DNA of 26,473 bases from a virus (IMGVR_UViG_3300020042_007512:1-26473); one strand, 5' to 3'. Counted from the stretch's first letter, positions 7,699-17,092 are shown. Notes: generated from the letters alone by a model not told the origin. A program made the numbers and translations.

Positions 7699-7917
7699 TT
7701 ATTTATTTTTAAATTCTACGTTATAGCCTAATTCTTTTAATATTGCGTGTAATGCTGTTTGCACGTCTTCACCTACGTAACCGTTGTCCCAAATTTCCGG
7801 GTTTGGGTGTTCTACTTTTTTGCCGTTTAAATATAACTTTGTCCCGTAACTTGTACAGCAACCGTCAGCGCACGTGTGCGTCCATTCTTTTAAAGTTATT
7901 ATAATATTATTTTCCAT
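7699..7917 (-). CDS. Hypothetical protein with CxDGCC motif
   Basis: 72 aa ORF, WTHTCADGCCTSYG. Confidence 0.7.
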   Translation of the reverse strand: MENNIIITLKEWTHTCADGCCTSYGTKLYLNGKKVEHPNPEIWDNGYVGEDVQTALHAILKELGYNVEFKNK

Positions 7918-8104
7918 TTACAATATCTTTTAATTGGTTAAAAACACTTTCCTGTTTTTCACCCCAAAACATATCACAGCTACCGTCTTTAAATGGCGGC
8001 TTTGCAAAATAGCTTTGTTCTAAATTGTTATCAAATGTTAAATACCTTTTACAAAAAATTTTTAACGGGCAGCCAGTGCCTTGGCATTTAATTATATTAG
8101 TCAT
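7907..8104 (-). CDS. Small Cys-rich hypothetical protein (possibly Zn-binding)
   Basis: C-x4-C-x5-C...C-DMFW. Confidence 0.7.
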   Translation of the reverse strand: MTNIIKCQGTGCPLKIFCKRYLTFDNNLEQSYFAKPPFKDGSCDMFWGEKQESVFNQLKDIVNGK

Positions 8105-8261
8105 CTGCTAATTCTTTTATAGCCTCTTTAATACTTTGGCCCTGGTAACCTAATTGAACTAATAAGCCAGTAAAAATGTCAAACATTTCAGCTGTATCTA
8201 AGTCATCGTTTGGCGTTTCTACTGTATAAATAGTTTGGTAGTGTTTAATTTCTATTTTCAT
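8097..8261 (-). CDS. Hypothetical protein (54 aa)
   Basis: Not in track; MKIEIKHYQTIYTVETPNDD...KELADD; overlaps both neighbours. Confidence 0.65.
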   Translation of the reverse strand: MKIEIKHYQTIYTVETPNDDLDTAEMFDIFTGLLVQLGYQGQSIKEAIKELADD

Positions 8262-8373
8262 ATTGTAATTTTAAAATTTTATGTAATACTTTGTTTACGC
8301 TTTCCTTATTTAAACCCCTGTTATAATTGAAGTTTAAAATTCTTAAAATTCTTTGTTTGTCTGATAATGGCAT
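8245..8373 (-). CDS. Hypothetical basic protein (42 aa)
   Basis: Not in track; MPLSDKQRILRILNFNYNRGLNKESVNKVLHKILK...; starts 2 bp after the upstream stop. Confidence 0.6.
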   Translation of the reverse strand: MPLSDKQRILRILNFNYNRGLNKESVNKVLHKILKLQYENRN

Positions 8374-8375
8374 AA

Positions 8376-9578
8376 TTAAAAAATTATTGGGTTAATGCTT
8401 TTTTGTTTTTCGTAATAATTAAATATTATAAAGCTGCTGCTTGTGTTTTTGAAGTTTGTTTTAACCCAATCACTTGGCGGTGAAAATGCACCAAAGTTTT
8501 GGTATTCAAAAGCAGATGATGAAGTAAAATCTAAAAGTAATTGATGGCTATCTCCTTTGCTAAATTCTATTGTGTAATTATGCAACCTGTATTCATCAAT
8601 GTAGTTTTTAATCTTTTCAATTTGTACTGCATCTAAATGTGGTTTAAAACCAAACTTCATATTTTTATCATCTTTTCCGTGTGATAAAATAAAACATCTG
8701 TTTTCTACGATATAATGGTCGATAAATTTTCTTTGATTAGTTACCTTAACGTTATCATATTTAAGCTCTATATACGCTTTAAAAGCACTATTAACGATAT
8801 ATCCAAAACTTCCTGCGTGGTTATCATTACAAATATTAATACATTCTATACTATTGTAGTAAGGAATTAAAGTATCAATCATTTTAATTTTAAAAACTAA
8901 CCCAACATCAAACGCTTTTTGGTTATCCATATTTTGCGGTAAACTATGCCCACCACGTGTAGTAACTGCATCGTAACCATCCATAAAATCGCCTAATTCG
9001 TGAATTATTAATGTATCTGATTGCTTGTTTACTAAAGTTTGTGCAACCATAGTTTCTAAACGATTGTTTAACTCTAATTCATTCCAAGCACCATCGTATA
9101 AGCTGTAACCATTTTGGTTTACTTCCATACCTACGTGAACATCAGTATAAACTAATCTGTCAAAAATTGATAAATCTAATTTACGTTCTATTTTAGGTAA
9201 TTTAATCGGTACAACTAAATCTTTAAAAATGTTAGTAAAATCAATTTCTTTTTCTAATTCTACTTCCGTTTGTGGTTCTATGTATTCAGGGTTCTTTACA
9301 AATATGCTGCTTTGTTTTGTTTTAAGCCACATATGTTTTACCGAAGTGTTTGGTACATCTAACTCGTTTGTAGCGTTGTAAATACCCTCGTGTTGGTCTA
9401 ATAATCTGGCTCTGTGTCTTTTAATATAAGTGCGAAGTAAATCTACATCTTTATTAACATTACCACCATCGTTAGTGTTTAATAATCGTTTTGCAATTTC
9501 AGTATCAGTACAGTTTTTATTATCCTGTAATAATTCAGTTAAATTAGCATCGTAATCGTTCCATTTTGAAATTCTCAT
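8376..9578 (-). CDS. Calcineurin-like metallophosphoesterase with N-terminal extension
   Basis: Five metal-binding motifs: YTDVHVG, LGDFMDG, NDNH, SHG, GDSHQ. Confidence 0.85.
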   Translation of the reverse strand: MRISKWNDYDANLTELLQDNKNCTDTEIAKRLLNTNDGGNVNKDVDLLRTYIKRHRARLLDQHEGIYNATNELDVPNTSVKHMWLKTKQSSIFVKNPEYIEPQTEVELEKEIDFTNIFKDLVVPIKLPKIERKLDLSIFDRLVYTDVHVGMEVNQNGYSLYDGAWNELELNNRLETMVAQTLVNKQSDTLIIHELGDFMDGYDAVTTRGGHSLPQNMDNQKAFDVGLVFKIKMIDTLIPYYNSIECINICNDNHAGSFGYIVNSAFKAYIELKYDNVKVTNQRKFIDHYIVENRCFILSHGKDDKNMKFGFKPHLDAVQIEKIKNYIDEYRLHNYTIEFSKGDSHQLLLDFTSSSAFEYQNFGAFSPPSDWVKTNFKNTSSSFIIFNYYEKQKSINPIIF

Positions 9579-9602
9579 AATTTATTTGTTTAAAAGTTTC
9601 AA

Positions 9603-9633
9603 CAAATATATTAATTTTTTTTGTATAAACAAA
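9603..9633 (-). promoter_or_regulatory. Bacteroidetes sigma70-type promoter for the metallophosphoesterase operon
   Basis: Minus strand TTTG (9633..9630)-N19-TATATTTG (9610..9603). Confidence 0.8.
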
Positions 9634-9650
9634 TATTTTTGTTATATTTG
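9620..9650 (+). promoter_or_regulatory. Divergent Bacteroidetes sigma70-type promoter with no downstream ORF
   Basis: Plus strand TTTG (9620..9623)-N19-TATATTTG (9643..9650). Confidence 0.7.
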
Positions 9651-9654
9651 CATA

Positions 9655-9717
9655 TCATAATTTTGTTTTAAGTTAATAATAAGAAAAAACCCTTGCAGTA
9701 TATGTAAGGGTTTTTTT
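9655..9717 (+). ncRNA. Candidate small RNA of about 60 nt, antisense to translation-initiation regions
   Basis: Bounded by a consensus promoter and a hairpin-U7 terminator; no ORF; body CATAATTTTGTTTTAAGTTAATAAT is complementary to early-gene start regions. Confidence 0.55.
9684..9717. terminator. Bidirectional rho-independent terminator
   Basis: AAAAAACCCTTGCA-gtata-TGTAAGGGTTTTTTT, immediately after the endolysin stop. Confidence 0.85.
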
Positions 9718-9721
9718 GATT

Positions 9722-10096
9722 TTACCAACGAGCTTTTACTCCTCGAATATCATAATGTACAAAGTTTGGATATATTCCTATACCGCCCTGCTGCATTTTA
9801 CCATTTGCTATTAAACCCTCAATTATTTTTGCAACTTCTTTAGGTGTCATACCTTTTACAGTAATATCAGAAGCATTGCCTTTTAAATGTTGGCTATCTT
9901 TAACACCACCTATTTTTTTATTGTAGTCTGGCGACCTGTATGCAGAATTAATAATAATTGTTTTACCAATAGCATCACGTAAGACTTGTAAATTTTTAGC
10001 TAATTTAATAATGTTAATCATTACATCGTTTGGCATTGTAGAACCATCTTTACAATTAAATTCTTCTAAAGTAAAATTAGTCGTTATTTTTGCCAT
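9722..10096 (-). CDS. Endolysin, peptidase M15 (Zn-dependent, Peptidase_M15_3-like)
   Basis: NFTLEEFNCKDG, SAYRS..YN...GG...SQH..GNASD, GGIGIYPNFVHYDIRG..ARW; ATG 10096 (MAKITTNF) preferred over the track start. Confidence 0.93.
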   Translation of the reverse strand: MAKITTNFTLEEFNCKDGSTMPNDVMINIIKLAKNLQVLRDAIGKTIIINSAYRSPDYNKKIGGVKDSQHLKGNASDITVKGMTPKEVAKIIEGLIANGKMQQGGIGIYPNFVHYDIRGVKARW

Positions 10097-10250
10097 CGTT
10101 CCTTTTTTTAATTGTTTCAATAGTTTTTAATACTGTGTAAAAAATAGAAGCTATTAATAAAACTATTTTTAGGGTGCTTTCTATATTTGAAAAACTTAAC
10201 ATCATAGTTACTGTGTTTAGAAAATATAATTTTAAATCGTTATGCGACAT
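10077..10250 (-). CDS. Small membrane protein, holin/antiholin-like (57 aa)
   Basis: Not in track; MSHNDLKLYFLNTVTMMLSFSNIESTLKIVLLIASIFYTVLKTIETIKKR...; hydrophobic segments with a basic tail; next to the endolysin. Confidence 0.7.
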   Translation of the reverse strand: MSHNDLKLYFLNTVTMMLSFSNIESTLKIVLLIASIFYTVLKTIETIKKRNDGKNND

Positions 10251-10440
10251 TTTTAGCTTTCATTAAACGTTCAACAATATTAGTAACTCCCTCTATAGTT
10301 ATGTAAGAAGTAGCAATAATAACCCAATCAGTAGAAGTAATAACTCCAGAGAATAAACCTGCTGAAGCTATTACAAAAACAGTTAGTTTTCTACTTAACC
10401 ACTTACTTAATATAAAATCTATTTTTTCTTTACTGCTCAT
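10240..10440 (-). CDS. Putative holin
   Basis: WLSRKLTVFVIA...WVIIATSYITIEG..: SRK motif and two hydrophobic segments; in the lysis cassette. Confidence 0.75.
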   Translation of the reverse strand: MSSKEKIDFILSKWLSRKLTVFVIASAGLFSGVITSTDWVIIATSYITIEGVTNIVERLMKAKNVA

Positions 10441-10583
10441 TACTCTGTAATTTCTTCTTCTTTAGGTGCTAAAGTTTCAATAGCTTGTGCTACATAAACC
10501 GCATCGGCTAATTGTAATAAACCGCCTTTTTGTGCCAAGTGTGCTACTTGGATTAAGATTTCAATAGCTTTTCTACTTTCCAT
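10440..10583 (-). CDS. Hypothetical protein (47 aa)
   Basis: Not in track; MESRKAIEILIQVAHLAQKGGLLQLADAVYVAQAIETL...; TAATG overlap with the holin. Confidence 0.7.
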   Translation of the reverse strand: MESRKAIEILIQVAHLAQKGGLLQLADAVYVAQAIETLAPKEEEITE

Positions 10584-10586
10584 AAC

Positions 10587-11621
<1,035 letters not shown>

Positions 11622-11632
<11 letters not shown>

Positions 11633-11738
11633 TATTAGATTTTAAAGTTTCTACCTTTTTTAATTGCTCTACTTTAGCTAAATATAAATTTAGCTTTTTA
11701 AAGTTTTTTATCTTTACGTTATTATAAATACCAGCCAC
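11622..11738 (-). CDS. Small basic hypothetical protein (about 38 aa)
   Basis: Not in track; open frame VAGIYNNVKIKNFKKLNLYLAKVEQLKK...; GTG start uncertain. Confidence 0.4.
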
Positions 11739-12234
11739 TATAAAAATTTTTTTTATCAGGGTTTACATCATCATTATTATTACCAAAATATTCAGGGTAA
11801 GTAGTTTGGTTAAAACACATAAAATCAATAAATCTTTGTGTATAACTTTCTGCAATATCCCTTTCTTTTTCAACTAAAAAATCAACCTCCGCTTTATCTA
11901 CGTTAGTTGCGTTTTCAGAAGTATGTTTAAATAAACCTTTGTTACTTAATGTATATGCAGCAAATGGTAAATAGTAAACCATTGCCCAATGAATAAGCAT
12001 AGGTTTAACGTAAGTTGTTAAAAGATTTTTATAAGCTATGTTACCAGCTTGGTTAATATTACCGTTTAAAATCAATTCTTGTAACTTATTGTAAAGTTTA
12101 GAACCTAAATAATTTTGAATAGTAATATCTTGGCTGATTTTAATATACTCGATAAAATCATCAGCATCTAAATTACCATTTACTATTGTAAATTTCTTTA
12201 CATCTTCTGTACTTATTAATAGTGCGTAAGCCAT
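11722..12234 (-). CDS. Putative head-tail adaptor
   Basis: Directly after the portal; helical protein with ISQDITIQNYLGSKLY motif; function inferred from position. Confidence 0.6.
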   Translation of the reverse strand: MAYALLISTEDVKKFTIVNGNLDADDFIEYIKISQDITIQNYLGSKLYNKLQELILNGNINQAGNIAYKNLLTTYVKPMLIHWAMVYYLPFAAYTLSNKGLFKHTSENATNVDKAEVDFLVEKERDIAESYTQRFIDFMCFNQTTYPEYFGNNNDDVNPDKKNFYSGWYL

Positions 12235-12236
12235 AA

Positions 12237-13988
12237 TTAGTTTTTATAATTTGGGTGGTGTCCGTTATTTGGCATATCAATAGGTTTTATTGCCACCTCT
12301 TTTGGGTTTCTTAATCTGTAACCGTATTTTTCAGCTTTGTTAGTGCTTATTTTCGTTGCGTTTGGGTTGTTTACATCTACTTTTATATTGTCAAAAGAAA
12401 CGTAAGTTTGTCTTAACCATTTGTGATTGCAATTAACACCGCCCTTGTATAAAAATAAACTATAATTTTGTCCGTTATGCCCTTGCCCTGCATTTACAGT
12501 ATTGCTATCTGTGTTATCAATATCTTCTTTTCTATAAATTTTATTAGCACTTAACATTTTTTTGCAAAATTCTCTTTGCCCTGTTTCTGCACCGCTATAT
12601 TTATAACGTGTAATAAATCTTACACCATCAATGTTTTCATCTTGCTCACTTTTTGCATTTGGTCTACCTGTAATTGCTGTAGCAAACTTTTGTAATAAAC
12701 TTGGTTTTTTCTTATTATTTAAAGCTTCAATTTCTGCATCTAATTCTGTTTCAGTATCTAAATCTACTTCTGTTTCATCAATTAAAACCCATTCATCACC
12801 TAAAACTTCGCCTTTGTCAATTAATGCGTTTGCTAAATTTGGGTCTGTATGTGCAGATAATTGAGTTCCTGTTTCTTCTGTTACTTGGTCTGCTGTTTGT
12901 GCGTTTTCTAAATCTGTAAACTCTAAAGGTTGAATAGTTTTAAAGTATAATTTTAACTTAATATTATTAACCGCTAAAATAATATCTAACACTTCTATAA
13001 TTTCTAATTGATATGGTTTGATTACCAAGTTATCATATAACAAAGTTGCTGTTTTAATTTCATCTGCATTATTGCTAAAACCACCACCAGCATCACGAAT
13101 ACCTAAAAGCATTGGACTTGTAACTCTATGCCCTACAACTAATTTTTCGAAACATTCTTTGCTTAAATATTCATAGTGAGCAGGAGCATCGTTTAAAGGA
13201 ATATCATCTACAGTAGTTTTATTTTCTACCGAGCTGTTAAAACCTACAATTACTTTTTCACCTTTTGCACCTGTTAATTTACGTTTAACCTCGTTTGCAA
13301 TTTCTTCTCTTTTTTCTTCTGGTGGCACACCATTATTAAAATTTATAACTTTAGTACCACTAAAACCATTCATTACATCGTTAATAAGGTAATCGGACAC
13401 CTGTTCCTCAAGCATTGCGTATGGCAAAGCACCACTATAATCTATGGGCGTATAATAATGGTAACCACTAATATACGGTTTGATAACGTAAATTTCAACT
13501 TCTTTACCATCACCAAAACCGAAAGCAGGAATACGTTTTAATTCATCACTTGGTTTTTTATTTGCCCAATCAGCGTGGTAAAACCATTCTTCAATTTCGC
13601 CTTTGTAATTACATTTACCTGCTCGTAAAGTATGCATAGGGAAGTGGTCTATAAAAGATACTTCACCTTTATCGTAACCAACTTGCATAGCAGCCATACC
13701 TAATAACTTGCGTTCTAAACCTACTTTCTTTAAGCAATTAGGTTTTATTATAGAAATCATTTTAGCGTACTCATCTGGCTTTTTATTTGCGTCTAATGCT
13801 GACAAACCTTTTCCGTAAATCATATTAGCCACACCTGTAATAATAGCGTTATTAGTTGTGCTGTATAAATACCTTTCAATTAAATAATTAAAATAATTAT
13901 TATCCAATCCGTATTCTACAAACTCACCTTTTTTACTTTCGTTAATTTGTGGTGAAGTATAAGCACTTAAATTTAAAATGTGAAACAT
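12237..13988 (-). CDS. Portal protein with C-terminal MuF/gp7-like extension
   Basis: YGLDNNY, STTNNAII.G, GHRVTSPMLLGI and NNADEI portal-type motifs; acidic linker followed by REFC...YKGGVNCNHKW. Confidence 0.85.
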   Translation of the reverse strand: MFHILNLSAYTSPQINESKKGEFVEYGLDNNYFNYLIERYLYSTTNNAIITGVANMIYGKGLSALDANKKPDEYAKMISIIKPNCLKKVGLERKLLGMAAMQVGYDKGEVSFIDHFPMHTLRAGKCNYKGEIEEWFYHADWANKKPSDELKRIPAFGFGDGKEVEIYVIKPYISGYHYYTPIDYSGALPYAMLEEQVSDYLINDVMNGFSGTKVINFNNGVPPEEKREEIANEVKRKLTGAKGEKVIVGFNSSVENKTTVDDIPLNDAPAHYEYLSKECFEKLVVGHRVTSPMLLGIRDAGGGFSNNADEIKTATLLYDNLVIKPYQLEIIEVLDIILAVNNIKLKLYFKTIQPLEFTDLENAQTADQVTEETGTQLSAHTDPNLANALIDKGEVLGDEWVLIDETEVDLDTETELDAEIEALNNKKKPSLLQKFATAITGRPNAKSEQDENIDGVRFITRYKYSGAETGQREFCKKMLSANKIYRKEDIDNTDSNTVNAGQGHNGQNYSLFLYKGGVNCNHKWLRQTYVSFDNIKVDVNNPNATKISTNKAEKYGYRLRNPKEVAIKPIDMPNNGHHPNYKN

Positions 13989-13989
13989 A

Positions 13990-14319
13990 TTATGTAAATA
14001 TTTTATAATCGTTATTTGTTGCGTGTTCTATGTACTCATCTTTATTTATACTATAATCTGCAATAGTTTGATTTGTACAAAAAACTTTATCTCTATAAAC
14101 TACATTTGTACCATCTAAAATAGTAAGCGTGTAATATTTATTTTGTTTAATTGGGAATATTTTAGAAGTAGTCACGTAATATCTATCTATTGAAAACGTG
14201 CAATTTAATTCTACTTCTATGTTAGTTTCTTCATCTCTCAATACAATAGCATCAGCATTACTACCATAAATTATAGCGTATAATGTTTGTGCAGTTGCTT
14301 GTTCTCGTAAGATTATCAT
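13990..14319 (-). CDS. Hypothetical virion-associated protein
   Basis: 109 aa beta-rich ORF between a late-promoter motif and the portal. Confidence 0.7.
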   Translation of the reverse strand: MIILREQATAQTLYAIIYGSNADAIVLRDEETNIEVELNCTFSIDRYYVTTSKIFPIKQNKYYTLTILDGTNVVYRDKVFCTNQTIADYSINKDEYIEHATNNDYKIFT

Positions 14320-14324
14320 ATTCT

Positions 14325-14358
14325 TTTATTTAAAAACACAAAAGTTACGATTTTGTTA
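14325..14358 (-). promoter_or_regulatory. Phage late-promoter motif, copy 1
   Basis: TAACAA-N14-TGTTTTTAAATAAA, 5 nt before ATG 14319. Confidence 0.75.
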
Positions 14359-14369
14359 AAACAAATTAT

Positions 14370-14377
14370 TATATTTG
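14370..14377 (+). promoter_or_regulatory. -7 box for the HNH gene
   Basis: TATATTTG 22 nt upstream of ATG 14400; no correctly spaced -33 TTTG. Confidence 0.5.
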
Positions 14378-14399
14378 TCAAAACAAAAACAAAATAATT

Positions 14400-14912
14400 A
14401 TGAAAATATGTTCAAAATGTAAAGTACAAAAACCTTTTGAAGAATTTAGTTTTAGAAAAGACCAAAATAAATATAGGGCAGATTGTAAAGAATGTAAAAA
14501 AAAATCATTAATATTATGGAGAAAAAATAATATTGTAAAATTAAAAATTTATAATAAAAAATATTATAATAAAGATTATAAAAATAATAGAAAAAAAAAT
14601 GATATTTTATTCAAATTTAATTGTGGTGTAAGAAATAATATATATTTTGCTTTCAAGCGTGGCACAAATCAATTTAAAAAAACTGCTAATACCGAAACTA
14701 TATTAGGTTGCACAATAGAAGAATTTAGAAATTACATAGAAAGTAAATTTACAGATAATATGTGTTTTGAAAATCACGGAGAATGGCATTTAGACCACAT
14801 AATACCATTAGCATCAGCAAATACAGAAGAAGATATTATTAAATTAAATCATTACACTAATTTTCAACCATTGTGGGCATTTGATAATTTAAGTAAAGGT
14901 TGTAAATATTAA
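14400..14912 (+). CDS. Free-standing HNH endonuclease with N-terminal Zn ribbon
   Basis: CSKC...CKEC; WHLDHIIPLASA...LNHYTNFQPLWAFDNLSKG; the only credible plus-strand gene. Confidence 0.88.
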   Translation: MKICSKCKVQKPFEEFSFRKDQNKYRADCKECKKKSLILWRKNNIVKLKIYNKKYYNKDYKNNRKKNDILFKFNCGVRNNIYFAFKRGTNQFKKTANTETILGCTIEEFRNYIESKFTDNMCFENHGEWHLDHIIPLASANTEEDIIKLNHYTNFQPLWAFDNLSKGCKY

Positions 14913-14916
14913 AACA

Positions 14917-14947
14917 AAAAAAAAGCGTATTAGTTAAAATACGCTTT
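14917..14947. terminator. Terminator between the convergent major tail and HNH genes
   Basis: AAAGCGTATT-agttaa-AATACGCTTT with a long T run on the minus strand. Confidence 0.8.
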
Positions 14948-14970
14948 CTAAAATTTATAAAATGATTAAA

Positions 14971-15495
14971 TTAAATACCATTTACAACTGTAAACCCAGC
15001 TAAAACTAAAGTAGCATCTATAAAGTTAGCAGGTACTCTTTCCATTCCTGTTAAGCTTAAAGTGTAACCAGATAAATCTCCCATTGCTCCGCCTGTTACA
15101 ATAGTACCACCTGTTACATCCATTCCGTGTTGTAAACCTGCATAAAATAAATTTCCGTTGTTATCTTCTACAATAACTTGTGGTCTTCCGTAAGATAATA
15201 ATTTTAATTCTTTATTATCTTTTGGAGTTAATTTTTTAAATGTTAATTCTAAAACTTGCTCAAAAAACGTTGTTCCGTTCTCTCTTGAGCTGTTAATATT
15301 TTGAGTAAAGGTTGAAGCACCTTTTAACTCGTATTTGTATGCTGTTGGTGTACCAGCTACTGCATCGATTACATCAGTATTTGTAACATCGTAAGTGTAG
15401 CTTGTTGCATCTCCGTAATTTACAAAGTATACATTCTTTAAACCACCTACGCTATTTTTACATACCTCTAATCTACCTAAAGTTAAATCACACAT
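14971..15495 (-). CDS. Putative major tail tube protein
   Basis: 174 aa, beta-rich; GGLKNVYF, ENGTTFFEQ.L.L, GYTLSLTG.E..PA; follows the capsid gene. Confidence 0.7.
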   Translation of the reverse strand: MCDLTLGRLEVCKNSVGGLKNVYFVNYGDATSYTYDVTNTDVIDAVAGTPTAYKYELKGASTFTQNINSSRENGTTFFEQVLELTFKKLTPKDNKELKLLSYGRPQVIVEDNNGNLFYAGLQHGMDVTGGTIVTGGAMGDLSGYTLSLTGMERVPANFIDATLVLAGFTVVNGI

Positions 15496-15518
15496 ATCGT
15501 ATATATTTTTTAAAAGTT

Positions 15519-15553
15519 AAAAAAAAAGGTGGTGTTTATTGCACCACCTTTTT
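15519..15553. terminator. Rho-independent terminator after the major capsid gene
   Basis: GGTGGTG/CACCACC stem flanked by A9 and T5 on plus. Confidence 0.88.
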
Positions 15554-15575
15554 ATAGTTATTTATTAATTATTAA

Positions 15576-16508
15576 TTATGCAGGAGTATAAAGTACGATT
15601 TCAGAACCGAAACCATATTGTACACCAGCTAAAAATCTCATTATTACTCTAATGTTTTGAGAACCATCGATTTCTGACATATCAATTACTCTAACTTCGT
15701 TTAAGTCTGATAATAAAGAAGTACCAAAGAATAAGTTTGATTTTTCAGCAGCCATCATAAAGTTAGAAGCTAAACCGTTAGCAACAAATACTTTCACACC
15801 GTCAAATGATAATGAACCGTTGTTAAACCATTGTGTTCCTTGAGCGTTAGTACCATTGTTTGAAGTAGCTGCTACAGAAAAACCGCCTAAAGCTCTTACG
15901 TAAGCACGAGCAACGTTTTGAGAAACATAAATGTATAAATCTTCTTTTCCGTATAATGTTGCAGGGATAGCATCAACTACTTTACCCATTTCAGCAATTA
16001 CGTTTGCAGCAGTTACAGTAGTACCAACTACATCAATTACTGTAGCATCAGCAGTAGCCAAAGTTACAAGTCCGTCAAATTCTCCTGCATTAGCAGTAAC
16101 ACCTCTCCAAATGTTAGTTTCTGTTTTTTCAGCTACTTTAGCTGCTACGTGTGCGATTAAGAAATCAGCAAAAGTTTTAGGTAAAGTATCAAAAGCTGAT
16201 AAACCCATTTCCATTCCTTGCCAAGTTGCACGGAAGTCTTTAGCACAAAGCTCTAAATTTACTTGAAACTCTTCTGGTTGGATAATTCTTTCAGTTAAAG
16301 TAACTGTAGAAGTTGCGTCAAAAGCACAAGTTGCGTTTTTAACGATTGCATCAGTACCAACTCTTTGGATAACTGATTTAAATAAAATGTTTGGCATTAC
16401 TTCGATTCCACCATTCTCGATAGTTGAAGCTGATAATAATGCAGCAGATATGTATTTCTTTGAAAACTCACCTGCATAAGTTGTTGTAATACTTGTTGTA
16501 GTAGCCAT
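15576..16508 (-). CDS. Major capsid protein
   Basis: 310 aa; follows protease and scaffold; biased codon usage (TTC/AAC/GCT); terminator downstream; F.GL and G....V.NG segments consistent with an HK97 fold. Confidence 0.85.
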   Translation of the reverse strand: MATTTSITTTYAGEFSKKYISAALLSASTIENGGIEVMPNILFKSVIQRVGTDAIVKNATCAFDATSTVTLTERIIQPEEFQVNLELCAKDFRATWQGMEMGLSAFDTLPKTFADFLIAHVAAKVAEKTETNIWRGVTANAGEFDGLVTLATADATVIDVVGTTVTAANVIAEMGKVVDAIPATLYGKEDLYIYVSQNVARAYVRALGGFSVAATSNNGTNAQGTQWFNNGSLSFDGVKVFVANGLASNFMMAAEKSNLFFGTSLLSDLNEVRVIDMSEIDGSQNIRVIMRFLAGVQYGFGSEIVLYTPA

Positions 16509-16525
16509 TTTTTTTTAATTAATTA

Positions 16526-17092
16526 TTAGTTTGCTATTTTGTTCATTACTCTGTCTAAAGTATTCATTCCTCTGTTTTTTGAGAAAGTTACTTTTTCTAC
16601 GTTTGATTTTGCATCTGGGTTGTGTGTTAAAGGTTGAGCGGATAATTCTACCACTTCAGTTACCTCAACATTTTTCATAGACGCTAATTCTGTTTTTAAA
16701 CTTTCGATTTCAGCTTTTAAAGCATCTACATCTTCTTGCGAAAAGTGAGATTCTTTAACTGTGCTTTCGATTACTTTTTTAGCAGTTGCTGGTGCTTGTG
16801 CTGCCTCAACCTCAACTTCTACTTCAGGTGCAGCTTCCTCTTCAGGTGCTTCAACTTCCATTTCTTTGATTTCTTTGATTTCGCCCTCTACCTCAACTGT
16901 TAAAATCATTCCGTTATCAAGAGTGTACTCACCTACTGGTACTGCTACTCTATCTTCACCACTTACAATAAACACCGCTTGACCTGCTTCGAATAATTCC
17001 GCTTCAAGTACTGTGCCGTTGTCTAATGTCATTTGCTCTAGTTTGATTTCCATACCAAGCAATTTTTTGATTTCTGTAATTACGTTTGACAT
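16526..17092 (-). CDS. Putative scaffolding protein
   Basis: Very acidic, C-terminal coiled coil, immediately upstream of the capsid gene. Confidence 0.7.
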   Translation of the reverse strand: MSNVITEIKKLLGMEIKLEQMTLDNGTVLEAELFEAGQAVFIVSGEDRVAVPVGEYTLDNGMILTVEVEGEIKEIKEMEVEAPEEEAAPEVEVEVEAAQAPATAKKVIESTVKESHFSQEDVDALKAEIESLKTELASMKNVEVTEVVELSAQPLTHNPDAKSNVEKVTFSKNRGMNTLDRVMNKIAN

